64,000 nucleotides of DNA from Laetmonice hystrix (taxonomy: Eukaryota): NCBI GenBank assembly GCA_965235115.1, contig OZ249436.1:53446001-53510000 (forward strand), given 5' to 3'. The notes beneath the pieces were generated by a model that saw only the letters and a program-made list of their open reading frames with translations, was not told the DNA's origin and ran no database searches. The translations under genes were made by a program, and so were the position numbers. Shown here in pieces: positions 39,261 through 51,090 of this stretch (position 1 is its first letter; every line of letters starts with the position of its first letter).

Positions 39261-41419
39261 TTTCGGTACATAGGTCTATGTGATACCGGTTTTCAAAACT
39301 GTCCAGTCCCAAAATACTAATGAGATGATATTAGGGGCTGTCCATAAATTACGTAAATTACGCCTATTTTAAAGACCCCACCCCACCCCACCCCCTGTAA
39401 CACTTTGGAACTGCAAGAGAAACACCCCCCCCCCCCCTAAAAATTATGTAACGCGGCACAAGACATCCTTCACAAAGGCACATCCTCAATGTAGTTTTAG
39501 ATAAGCCAATAATAAGTGAGCTATCAAAGACGGGAGTGTGACCGATGACATCCAACCTCTCAGTAGGCGTTACCGGCTCCTACGCGCGTCGACCACAGAG
39601 CCACCTAGCGAATGAGCCGCGAACCAGCTCAAGAATAGTCGGGCAGTCGTGAGGGTGGGGGGGGGGGGGCATTCGGGAATCCTCGGCCATATCTTCGAAA
39701 GTAGCCTCGGGTGAATTAGGTGCCATTTTGAGCATTGCATCGCGGGTACATTTAGCCGGGACTCTCGACAGCATGGCAGTGCTTGCAGTATTTTGTCTGC
39801 ATCAGCCGTGGAAGCAACTAAAATAGGCCTACAATGCTTTCCCCGAAGTCAGTGGGCAATATTACAATAGTATCATGTCATAAGTAGTCCTACCATGTGT
39901 CGGGCCAGTGTCGTACATGGGCGCGGCCATATTGCTTCCCAGAATTTGATAAATTACCGTATTGACGCCCATTTAGGTAAATTGGGTGATTCATTTTTCT
40001 TCTTCAAACGTTCCCCTTCATACCAGAAATTTATATTTGCACATACAACGCCGAAGGAGCGGGTGTCAATAATGCACTACTTCCTGGCTCGATGGGATAT
40101 GACGGTTCACTCAGTGCCTCGCTACACACCTCCATTTGGCCGTGTATCTGGTTGCCAAACATGGCCGCTATTCCACCCGAGGGTATATTCGAATAGCAGG
40201 AAGTGACGTCATATGCCCGAGGGAGTCCCGAATGGGGGGGGGGGGGTCACTGGAAGCGGTTCAATCCCGAGCGTGGGAGGATGCCATTCGGAACACCAAT
40301 CGGAATGACAGAGTCATTTCAGCTTTACTTTCCTTTCGGGAACTGGACTCGGACAGTGAAAGTGTACGGATTTGACGGTCATATTATGCCGGATATGTGG
40401 TGTGCTCTCTGATCCGGCTGATTGAAAATGTAGTGCAGTCGATTGACCGACTGTTTTAGGTGTTGTGTGCATTATAAACAAGATTTCACCGACTGTACGT
40501 GTTGATAATGAGCAAACAATTAACATGTTCACATAATTTGATGTCACAATACGATTTTAGTAGTCCCTTAGCGTCGCTACTGCTGCCAGCTCAGAATCTC
40601 CTCGAAATATCGAGACCCTTTATTGGGAAGAGAACTTCTGAGCCGAGGCTCATTATATAGAGAAATATTCAGATATCAGGTGTCACTAGCCTGCATGATT
40701 CAACATGCAGCAAGTCGGCTGTAGCCTGTCATGTAGACTCTAGTCCAATATCGCTGGGCAGCAATAACAGGCTAGGGCATAGCTCTTTCTCATACACAAC
40801 TTACACGTAGGCTACATGCTGTAGGCCTATTATAAAGCTCGTATTTAGACAAACTATAAACTACGCAGTCTGGTTTTCTAGTGTAGCCCTACAAACGATT
40901 ATGATAGCCTACTGTAGTACTGAAAACATCTTTCTAGTGACTAAGCTGAAGCTTGTTACAATGCATATAATCTGCTAGTAATATTGTGTACTAAAGAAGT
41001 ATACAAAGACTCCATGTGAGAAAGTCACCGTTCATTTTCTAGGAACTTGGCCCAGCCCGTATACTTACCGGCTTGGAGATAGGTCAGCGGAAACTGACTG
41101 CTGCAGCCTTCGCATTCGTCTTTCTCAGTTTCTGCCTACCCTGGGCAAGCGATGGGCAGAGCTATTTTAGGATCAGGCGGTATCCATTGCCGCGCAAACT
41201 CTATGGTCTTTTTCATGCATGTTAGAAGAGATGTCAATTTACTTCTGCATCCATTCTCAGCATCGTTTCCAGCAGTATTTTGTACCCCTTTATAATAGTG
41301 CACTGAAAAGGCCCTATGTAGCCTATTTGAGAATGCATGCCTGGCTCATTTTATTTTAAAGTCCAACAGACATCAAAATTTACATGAAATTTAGTGCCAG
41401 ATCTTGATGATAGAGTCTA

Positions 41420-42406
41420 CTGGTAGGAGACCGGGGCTAAAAGTCACAGGGGTTGGTTGTCACATGCCTTGTAGTTCCTTTACTAGCCACAAGGGGAAGT
41501 ATTGACACGGCTTAGTTCTTGCAGTAGACTGTCATACTTCAACAAACGTCATTTCCGTCGTCAGCACGTCTTGGGTAAAAAGTTGTGTCAACTTTTATAT
41601 AATAATATTTTTTTAGTAATTTTTGAGTATTGTACTAATATTGAAATTGGAAGTACACTGCTACAGATAGATACGAAGTAAATAACCAATTGTATAAAGA
41701 CATATGCTTGCTGCCTAATGGTATATAACTTAAATCACCATGGTAATATAGTTGGCCTACATATATAGACCGGGAAATGTAACAAAGTCTGCTGGGGCTG
41801 GTTGTCACATTAGATTTGGGGTCACATGTGACAACCAACCCCAATGGCATTTCCAATACAGAAATCCCTAATCGTAATCACTATTAGGGTAAGGTCGGGT
41901 AATATGGGTAACCCTTTTACAATTGACTGTAGAATGAAAACAACATGTGATAGCATATTCTCCCAATGTTTATATGAACAATTGTTGACTTTTCAATAAC
42001 ATAAGTTATTTACGAGCATTTTTTCTGTCATAAATGTTTAAAAATTGAAGCTAGACTATATATATTTTCGAACAAGCCCATATTATCCGAAGCGTGCATA
42101 ATAATGTGTGTGTTTGACAAGCTATTATTGACAAGATATTTATCGATTCTGCCCATATTAACCATTCCCATGTACTGTGACAACCATCCCCATCATGGGG
42201 CTGGTTGTCACATCATTGAATAAATATTTGTTTATTCATTTAATATTATTTCCGTTTATAGGCCTAATACGGGGCTAATAAAATGCATGAGACTACCCAA
42301 GATATTGTATTTGCTCATGGTAAGGCTAACACAAAGTGTCGTATTTACTGGGGACCAAAAAATATAAAAGTGTAAAAAGTTTGACAACCAGCCCCGGTCT
42401 CCCCCC
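41420..42406. mobile_element. Tc1/mariner-pogo-type non-autonomous element
   Basis: GGAGACCGGGGCT ... AGCCCCGGTCTCC termini; internal GGGGCTGGTTGTCACA repeats in both orientations. Confidence 0.7.
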
Positions 42407-43269
42407 TACATGTAATTTGTTGTTCTTTAACTTAAAGGAGCGGTTATTGTACAAGAACATGAACTGTGTGTAAGCCGTTTTGAAGACCAATTCCCATGGT
42501 TAAGATTAATTGAATCGGTGAAGTGTATAAACATTTCAACAACGTTCTAATAGTTAATTATAAATAATAAACTGTTAGTGTTACTTACTTTTTTCTTTTT
42601 CCGCGCACACGATCGCCTTTTCTGCCTGCACAGGCTCACGTGGTTTGTTCAAAGATTGTACTAGAATCCTAGTACAATCTTTGGTTTGTTTACATCTGAG
42701 CGCAAAGGATTGTGGGTGATGACGTCAACCTTTGTGCAAGACCTAGACCAGTAGGTCGCGGAACAAGGCTATAGAACGCACTGCCATTCATTTTGCGGGG
42801 AACAAACAGTGCCAAGTTGCCACTGGCCAATTTTTAGCCTACTTCTCCTTAAAACCTTCCAGTTTCACCTACCGATTTAGAAAGCCCATCTATTTAGGCC
42901 CTATTTTATTTCCATCCCTGTTCTATTCGTTGCGGACAATAATTGCCGAAGGGGTGCACTACATGCATGCACTACATGAACGGAGGCACATGATCGTAAG
43001 AAATTGACACCGTTCATCGTATTTTCGTCCACTCCTGCTTTTTTGTAAAAATAATTTAATCACTGTTTTCTCCTCATAGCACGCGTGCATGTTAACCGAA
43101 TCAATATGATAAAGAAAAGATTCAGTGCCACAAAGGACGTAAATGGTGAGGGAAGCATAGATCTGACAAAGGAATTAAAAATTTAAGCAGAAGGGCATGG
43201 TATATAGGGCCTACTCATAACGCTGGTTGAGAGCAAGAATATTGTAGGCCTATCTGCAAATTGGTTTAA

Positions 43270-43493
43270 AGTGACATCGCGAGTATCTTCGAGAATAAAA
43301 CACTTACCTGTTCCCTATAGTCACCTATTGACATAGGCCTATATGAAGACACACTGTTACTGCAATACTGTGCGTATGATGATTAAAATTCGGACCGAAG
43401 CTAAAACATGATAATTAGCAGTTTGAATTTGGCTCCGCTCTCCGGAAGCTGCGCTGCAGATCACGTCGAACAACATCCCATAATAGTCCTAGG
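43270..43493 (+). repeat. TTAA-ended ~230-bp arm, inverted copy of 50855-51090
   Basis: TTAA|AGTGACATCGCGAGTATCTTCGAGAATAAAAC...CGTCGAACAACATCCCATAATAGTCCTAGG is the diverged reverse complement of 50855-51090. Confidence 0.75.
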
Positions 43494-44327
43494 CCTTCAG
43501 GTATCGCTCCACCATATTTGCTTTGTAAATATGCCGCCGAGGGCTTTTAAGCAACGAAAGTCGATGTATGCAGCAGAATCAGCTAAAAGACTGAGAAAGG
43601 AGTTGGACAGAAGACGTGACGTGCTCGTGGCATTGAAATAGATCGGTGGATGGCCTTGAAACCCCACACTTCGAGCGTCACCTTAGACTGTGAGAGGCGC
43701 ACAGCACTATGCGTGGGAAAAAATGGCCAAGCGGTTCGACGGAAGACCGTTAGATTGCAACGGAGTCAGCTGAACATTCTCACATTACATTTGGTTGGTC
43801 TCACTTCAATTTATTTGAGTTTTACATGTGACACTAAGCTGATTTATATGGCAGGGGTTCGATATAAGCAGGTTTTAAAAATTTTATACCTTTAAGGTGG
43901 TATAGAATGTGTTGCAGTATTGTACCTCCAGAAAATGGAATTTGTTTTGAGCAATAATTCTCAAAACATCAATTTTGCACTTACGATATTCTTACTCTCA
44001 GCCAGCGACTGATTAAGAGCATGATTGTTGACTATTGTAGCGGGTTCTTGTTTCTTCATAATATATAGGCCCTACACTTTGTGGCTGTCTCCCCAATTTG
44101 TTAATCTTAAGGTCCACAATCCTCATAGATAAAGATGAACCCCGGACAGTTTGGTTGACTCTAAACATTTTATTCAAGTGACACAACATTTTCTTGCTAT
44201 TAATCAAAAGGTAATATAAAGTGTACAAGAGGGTTTGAGGGCATCTACACGCACCTCGCTCCTCTCTCGTTCTCGACAACAATGGAATATACAGGTAAGG
44301 AAAAAAACGTGCATGATGGGGTAATTT

Positions 44328-45734
44328 TTAGATCAAAAGTGGAATAAATGTTGATTCAAAGGACGGAAGATTCTGAAAGTTATCGTCTACTCTTTCATCA
44401 GGTTCCTGCCCTGCGGTGACAGTCGCCCATCTCGCCTCAGTATCCGCCAGTAGGCCTACTCCTGAGTGCGCAGGGTGGGCGGACCTGCCTAGGGTTGCAT
44501 GCTCACCAGCAGTTACTAATGTGTTTTCTGATGTCCCATTATTAGTGTCGTTAATGTCGTTCAGGTTTTCTCCTAACAGTACAGAGATAGGAGTGATACT
44601 GTCTTCGATCGTGCTTGATATGCTGACGTTGTGGCCCGATTGACTGCTCATTGAAAACCTTGTTTGTGGGACATGAGTTGGATGGGGCTGCTCTTGGTGG
44701 CTAATCCAAAATGCACCGCAAGATTGTTTGTTCGCGGCATCTTGCACACTTGTACAAAGTATAGGACCTGTCTCAGACCGAAACTGTTCAATCATACAAT
44801 TCAGAGAGGGGTGGTTTATACCGACATTTTCTTCAGCACGCACACTTTCACACATCCCAACGTCCATGCCTTCCCCGTGAATCCGAGATCTCGGCTGCGC
44901 CTCTGCACGAGATGAAAGGCTGTTCCGGAACATGATAAATTCATCAACGGCACCTGTGCCATCAGCATTCCTATCCCAGATATAACTTGTACTGTTATTC
45001 TGACCACGTTGCTCAATCGACTCTCTGGGATTTGGCAAATCCTTCGTTTCATTGGATCCTAATAATTCTATGTAATGGTCGTCAGACTTTGATGGAACAG
45101 CATTTAGCACGTTTAACGGCGAACCGTGCCTTTGTTGCCAGTTCACACTTCCTCCCGGTTCTATTCTTGCTTCTCTTATACAACTTGCGCTGTTGTAGAT
45201 GTACTTTGCTGCTGCGTTCTGCAATCTTCTTTCATTTATGAAAAACGGATTAGTGCCTTGTTCGGACATTTGGTTAACACCATTAATAGATTCATTTTGG
45301 CACCAAATGCTGTTTTCAGGCATTGCGCTTTGTTGGGTGAATGAATCTCCTCGACAGAAGGACATGGTCGCAGCGATTTCCGCAGAAGTGTTCGTTACAT
45401 GACCTTCGTAATGTAGACATTCCTGATAACAGGGAAGAGGTTCGCGGACATCCGGACTGTTATAACAATTCGGAGTGAATGCATCCAATTGTTCCGGAAC
45501 ACTTGGCCAAAGACAATCATTACCGTCGCCATTTTGCTTTGAGTCGATCTTAGACTTTTCAAGGAAAAGATTATCGAGGGGCCCCGCTGACTTCGTCGAT
45601 AAAGCTGCATTTGAAGTAGCTGAGCAGACATTGGAAACAACTCCCTTTGCTTTCTTACTGGCTACATGTGAAGAAGATGACAATTTTCTTGATTTTCTAG
45701 GAGAAGAACCCATTGTTGATATCATGAATTGCCT
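44328..45734 (-). CDS. FAM181/C19orf85-like protein, exon 2 (long, probably disordered)
   Basis: 465-aa open frame; acceptor ttacag|AGG CAA TTC continues the motif (...RKYIE|RQF); ends NLPSFESTFIPLLI*. Confidence 0.8.
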   Translation of the reverse strand, partial: RQFMISTMGSSPRKSRKLSSSSHVASKKAKGVVSNVCSATSNAALSTKSAGPLDNLFLEKSKIDSKQNGDGNDCLWPSVPEQLDAFTPNCYNSPDVREPLPCYQECLHYEGHVTNTSAEIAATMSFCRGDSFTQQSAMPENSIWCQNESINGVNQMSEQGTNPFFINERRLQNAAAKYIYNSASCIREARIEPGGSVNWQQRHGSPLNVLNAVPSKSDDHYIELLGSNETKDLPNPRESIEQRGQNNSTSYIWDRNADGTGAVDEFIMFRNSLSSRAEAQPRSRIHGEGMDVGMCESVRAEENVGINHPSLNCMIEQFRSETGPILCTSVQDAANKQSCGAFWISHQEQPHPTHVPQTRFSMSSQSGHNVSISSTIEDSITPISVLLGENLNDINDTNNGTSENTLVTAGEHATLGRSAHPAHSGVGLLADTEARWATVTAGQEPDERVDDNFQNLPSFESTFIPLLI

Positions 45735-45944
45735 CTGTAATTATCAAAAATATATAAAAGAAATTACAACTATTATATAACGGGATAGCCTAATGAACAA
45801 AATCTATCGATTTTAAAGCCTATACTCCTCCTTTCATATAACAGGTACTTGAAATTATACGAATTAAACGTGCAGCATAAACGTACATGATATACGTTAA
45901 TATAATTAAAGCCTAAAAATTAATTTGTATGTCTTTTCGCCTAC

Positions 45945-46091
45945 CTCTATATACTTGCGATGATTGACCCTGCGTCGGCGAGGACTTCGCCTATTGAGTG
46001 TTTCCATGAGTCCTGTGGAGGCCACATTAATGAATTCTAGGAGATTGTTAGTTTGTGGCTTGATGATTCGACCGGTAGACACATTAGCCAT
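45945..46091 (-). CDS. FAM181/C19orf85-like protein, coding exon 1
   Basis: NLLEFINVASTGLMETLNRRSPRRRRVNHRKYIE resembles the FAM181 N-terminal motif LLxFVNxASxxI..AL.....KRKVNHRKYLQKQ; phase-0 donor GAG|GTAGG; joined CDS 517 aa. Confidence 0.8.
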
Positions 46092-46949
46092 TTCTGTATA
46101 GCTGTCCACAAGGCTCTAGATAATACTAAAAAATTGTCATTTTAGAACCTTCAAAAACAAGTCTAGTTGCAGTAGTGGTTAAATTACAGACATCTATATG
46201 CCATCTAGCTGTAACTTACCGGCGTTTTCGGTAGATTGATTCCCTATTGCCGATTGCAATGGCATCACTCATAAAGTCTTCCAAACCAAGGTCTCATTTT
46301 CGCTGTGCCAAACCTTGAAATGACGCGTGCTTGCCAGCCCTGAGCATCTGGTGTCACCTATACTGCCGCTGTCAATGGCGCTAAACGATCTATTGTTTCC
46401 TGCGACACGCTTTCTGAGAACAACTGCTAATCAACTGTTGTCCAAATAAAGCTGGACCGCCCAGAGTTGAATCGAGACGGGCGGACAACTGGCATGCTCA
46501 ACTGTGAATGTTGGTCACGTAATAGGAACCCGGCCCCAACTTCCGCCCGAAATGCTTTCAGGGATGCTAACCCTAAACGATCGTTAAATTTGTCACAGGG
46601 AAAGGATTTTCTTTGACCCTTCATTACTTGTACAAAAATGAACAGTAAAAGTAAGCGATAAACCTATTTTCTGTTAATAATGTCCGACGTATTCTTCACA
46701 ATGATGCGTGTATGGATTCATCACTTTGGAGCCGAATCGAGAGTTCAATACATGACGTCCAAGCTGTCAACGCGTCCTGCAAGGTAAACGGTCAGTGAAA
46801 ACTTCTCTCCCTTGAAGGTGACGATACCCGATAATCAAATATCCGGTCACGCGACACACCGTGACACTGGACGTCGGTGACTTCCTCACAGCAGGGGTGC
46901 CGCCCTAGCCTATAGACCCTCTAGGCCTATAGCCAGTTTTGCCGGTATA

Positions 46950-47676
46950 TATAGGGGGCAAAAGTAATCAGGCGGTAAGAGAAACCACTCTGGTTAGTTC
47001 CAAATCTGGCCGCCTCTCGCTGCTCCTCTTGAGGTTCAAGACTAACGTCCACGAATAGCTTGAAATAAGGAGCAAAATGTACGGGGTTTTTTTTACCCCA
47101 ATCGCTAAAATTTCTTTAATAAATTCACATCTTGAATAAAGATCACAGAAGAGTTACTGAAAGCTGTTTATGTGTGCAACGTTAGAAGGTCTCATGAATT
47201 CATGAAATGAACTAAAGCTGTTCTGATACGAGATTCCGAAAATAACTGTCAAAGGTCACTTGTGTAATCCACGTGGGTCGGGCAAAAGGAACCGGGCAAG
47301 TGGAACCATCACTGGGCATAGACCAGTTCATCTGCAATGAATGTCTTCAGTGATGTCAACCTTTTTCTCGTTTTAAAAACCCACGCCTAGGATAAGAACA
47401 CTGAACTCGATGTTTAACTGTCGATCTAATTGCATATTCTGCGATGAACAACTTATAAATGTAGAGCCAATACAGTCATGGAAATTGGATTCCAGTGTTA
47501 GGGCCTACACTTGCAAACAGGAGTGTTCGGCATGGACATTATATATATAAATTTTGTCTTCAGTAAGGGCCTAGGCCTACAAGGCTGTTGTAGATATTTG
47601 AAAAAAATATTCTTTTTTATTTTATTTTTATTTTGGACCTTTATTGTTTTTATTGAAATAAAGTTTGTTTCACTGT
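46950..47676 (+). repeat. Dispersed repeat, short copy of 11120-13257
   Basis: Shares long near-identical blocks such as GAACCGGGCAAGTGGAACCATCACTGGGCATAGACCAGTTCATCTG. Confidence 0.8.
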
Positions 47677-47831
47677 GGACAAGGTTTTCTCAATTATAAC
47701 TCACTTACCAAAAGTGAGTCACATATAGGCTATTATTCTAAGGGTATCAAAAGTATATCAGATTTAAGCTGGATCTTTATTAAGAACTTCAGAAAAAAAA
47801 TCCAACAATCGTGTAGTATATGAGCAGAATA

Positions 47832-47972
47832 CACTCTAAAAACAGATTGGTTGAAATTAACCAAGATATTGGTTGAATCAACCAATATTGGTTGAAATGT
47901 GTCCAACCAATTGGATTAGTTGGACACATTTCAACCAATATTGGTTAATTCAACCAATCTGTTTTTAGAGTG
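47832..47972. mobile_element. Palindromic CAC-ended MITE flanked by TA
   Basis: TA|CACTCTAAAAACAGATTGGTTGAA ... TTCAACCAATCTGTTTTTAGAGTG|TA. Confidence 0.8.
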
Positions 47973-48138
47973 TAACTAATATACCGATATAATGGTAGGC
48001 TATTCAAATTTTTCACCAATAGTGAAGTATAGATCTACTTGACACGTTACAAATTTTAATTCTCGCTGGCCCTTTTTCGTAAATGTAAATTCCCAAAATT
48101 CCTACTAACCGGTTATTATGACCTGTTATTTTTGTAGG

Positions 48139-48710
48139 AATGGCATCAGCCCTCTGAAATCGTATCCTAATCCAGGGATACTGCTGCGACTCCAGACATA
48201 TTATAAGTTTGTTTTCGTCCGTCATCCCTTATAACAAGGCTTGTTTTGGCCTATCTGGATAAGTTCTATCGAAACGACACCTAAAATAGTATTATTTTTC
48301 TAAAACAATTGGTCATAGCATTAACACAAGACTTCGGGAGTTTATCCAGATGGGTCATAACGTTGGGGACGATGTGACATTTGACGTATTCGCTCGCTAT
48401 ATCAAGCATGTAGATTGGCCCTTCAGTCAGAATGAGCATGCACTGGAGAACCATGGAGAAACTCTGTCAACCATGCCATGTACATTATGATTTTATAGGT
48501 CAGGTGGAAGCATTTAAGGAAGATTTCCATTTTGTGATGAAGTCGGCCTTTAATAAGACCGACCGCTGGATCCCAAAATCTACGTCATCAAACACGTCAA
48601 TTATGGATGTCAGTCTGTACATGTCCAAACTTCCTTTTGCCAAGTTGGTCAAGGAACGCTACAGAAAACGACGCTCTCATGCTTGGCTATGACATTGACA
48701 CACAATAACA
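48139..48710 (+). pseudogene. Carbohydrate sulfotransferase (Sulfotransfer_2, CHST8-14-like) pseudogene fragment
   Basis: LQTYYKFVFVRHPL/frameshift/TRLVLAYLDKF (3'-PAPS-binding motif), in-frame TAA, DVTFDVFARYI, a second frameshift at GAGCATGCAC, then HWRTMEKLCQPCHVHYDFIGQVEAFKED. Confidence 0.85.
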
Positions 48711-48748
48711 AACACAGGTAACATTGGACTACCATTCACTTTAACAAA

Positions 48749-48879
48749 GATGGTTACAATTACATACATTATGTGGTGTGTTTAAGGGTCGTGTAGACTT
48801 GAGAAGGTGGTAACAATTACATACATTATGGTGTGTTTAAGGGTCGTGCAGACATGAGAAGGTGGCTACAATTATACAT
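48749..48879. repeat. Short tandem duplication, ~57-59-bp unit, ~2.3 copies
   Basis: ACAATTACATACATTATG...GGTGTGTTTAAGGGTCGTG..GAC.TGAGAAGGTGG repeated. Confidence 0.8.
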
Positions 48880-50854
48880 ATCCCGCCGTATCCTGTTTTC
48901 GTCGTTCTCCTGATTTCGTCGGTCACGTGACTTTTGAAGACCCGAGCGTTTCGAGAATGTAAACAATACCAATTTGACAGCTCCATACCTGCTTGTTGCT
49001 CCTGGAATATTTTTTTTTCGAAATGGAGATAGATTCTCTACGCAAAGTAGGCCTAATATTTATTTTTTTTCATACCGTCGGAAGGTTATTTTCACCTAGG
49101 CTATGTTGCTTATTACTTTTGACCAGTTGCCTAAAATGACCTTAAAACATAATTATTGACGCATTAGGAACGAGCCCTCCCGTCGTCTGCTACCTCCATT
49201 CTCTGTCTAACATAGAGTCTACGCATGATCCGTTTCCGCGGAAAAAAATCTATGGAAGCCACCGTACCAGTTATTAACGACCGCCGACGAAAACAGGTGA
49301 CGTAGTAGAATCTACACACGAAACAGCCAGTAAGCGACCGCCAAGGTTGTTGACGTGAGAAGAGCGGGGAGGGGATACGTCGACCACTTATCCTCGCTAA
49401 TAGGGGCCTAATTTAAAGTTACAACATTTTTAAAACCTGTAAAATCGACCCACTCCATATAGGCCTAAATCAGCTTAGTGACTGGTTTTCCCCACGCTGA
49501 GTTTCAGCGCCTCTAAGCATTCGGCAAACCTCGGGAATTTCCGTACCGTGCACTTACCCTCGGCCATCGCTGGTGGAAGGGTATTACAGTGCTGGTATCA
49601 AAAAATGGCGGCTCGGTGATTAGGCCTTGCGGCGCACCACTTAGTATTATAGCGCGAATATAGTTCAAAGAGCTGTCGCCAAGATGGAGTTTAACAAGAA
49701 GTCGGTGGATGCCAAATTGCTCCGCACCCTAGCCCGAGTCGCTGTCAGGGTCACTCAGCCGATAATCAACTCGTAATTTTTCATATAAACTGCGCTAGGA
49801 ATCGGTAGATTATCAAACTTAGGCTACCACCCACAAAGGCTCATATTACCAATTATGTTCTAAAGCTAGGAGCATGTTTTCAATACCTCAGACTGGCTGC
49901 GAACGTGAGCACCTCCCATAACATATTAAGTAGTTCCAATATGGCGACCTACGAGCGATGACCGAGAGGACTGCAACGACGTAGAGTTCCGAAGTGAGCC
50001 GAATGCGCCTCTAAGGTGACGCTGATCGGAGCGTGGGTTTTCAAGGCCATCCACCGATCTATTTCAATGCCACGAGCACTGTCACATCTTCTGTCCAACT
50101 CCTTCTTTCTCAGCTTTTTAGATGATTCTGTTGCATAGGCTACATCTACTTTCGACGCCCGTTTCCAAGGAGGTATATTTACAAAGCAAGCTTATGATGA
50201 TGATCAAATATGGTGGAGCGATACCAAAAGTTAGAACATCTACATGGGGTTCCCCAGGACCTCACACTCACTCCACTCTGTCACTGCCACAAGTGGCAAA
50301 CTGGTTCCCTGCCTAGAGGAGTGAAGCAGGGACCCAGCCAGTGCCAGGCTGCCGGGACTATACTCCTCTGCTGTTTTCATGATGTCGTGAGCAATAAAAA
50401 CTCCTAAAACCTTTTCTAATTTTTGGCTGAGGTTGTTACCTTGCCATCTCCTATCTCCTATTCTATCGTGCAAACAGCAAAAACATCCCACAGAATATAA
50501 TTTGACGGGCGATTTGTTGCCATGCTGTTTGCGCGTGATCCCTGCCCTGCGGAGTGAGCCCATCTGGTGAGCCGTCTAGCTACGCGGAACGCGGAACGCG
50601 CGACCTGTTCACAACCGACAATGAAATAGTTCTTAAAATAAATGCGATGGAATGTATTCGGGATAGAACATATCGTGTTGATGCTGGTTTATTATGTGAT
50701 ATTTAAACATTTTAAACACTATTGGTGAAATCTAGCTTATACGGTTCCTATTTTAGGTCTATATGAACTTTGTGGCTGTCGACCACCAAATCTGCAAGTT
50801 GTGGCAGTGAGACTTGAGAGAACCGAGAGGCTCATGGGAAGGAGTTTGCCAGGA

Positions 50855-51090
50855 CCTAGGACTATTATTGGATGTTGTTCGACGTCATTTGCAGCGCCCC
50901 TTTCGGAGAGCGGAGGCAAACTCCTGCTATTATCATGTTATAGCTTCGGTCCGAGTTTTAGGTAGCAAAAATCATCATACTGCAGTTACAGTGTGTCTTC
51001 ATACATGTAGGGCCTATGTCAATATAGGTTGCTATCGGTGACATGTAGGTAGGCCTAAGTTTTATTTTCGAAGATACGTACGATGTACCT
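50855..51090 (-). repeat. TTAA-ended arm, inverted copy of 43270-43493
   Basis: Ends ...TTCGAAGATACGTACGATGTACCT|TTAA. Confidence 0.75.

Noticed and set aside
41061..41090. U1 snRNA-like start ATACTTACC...GGAGATA
   Set aside because: Similarity stops after ~20 nt; it is simply the reverse complement of a 5' splice-site consensus.
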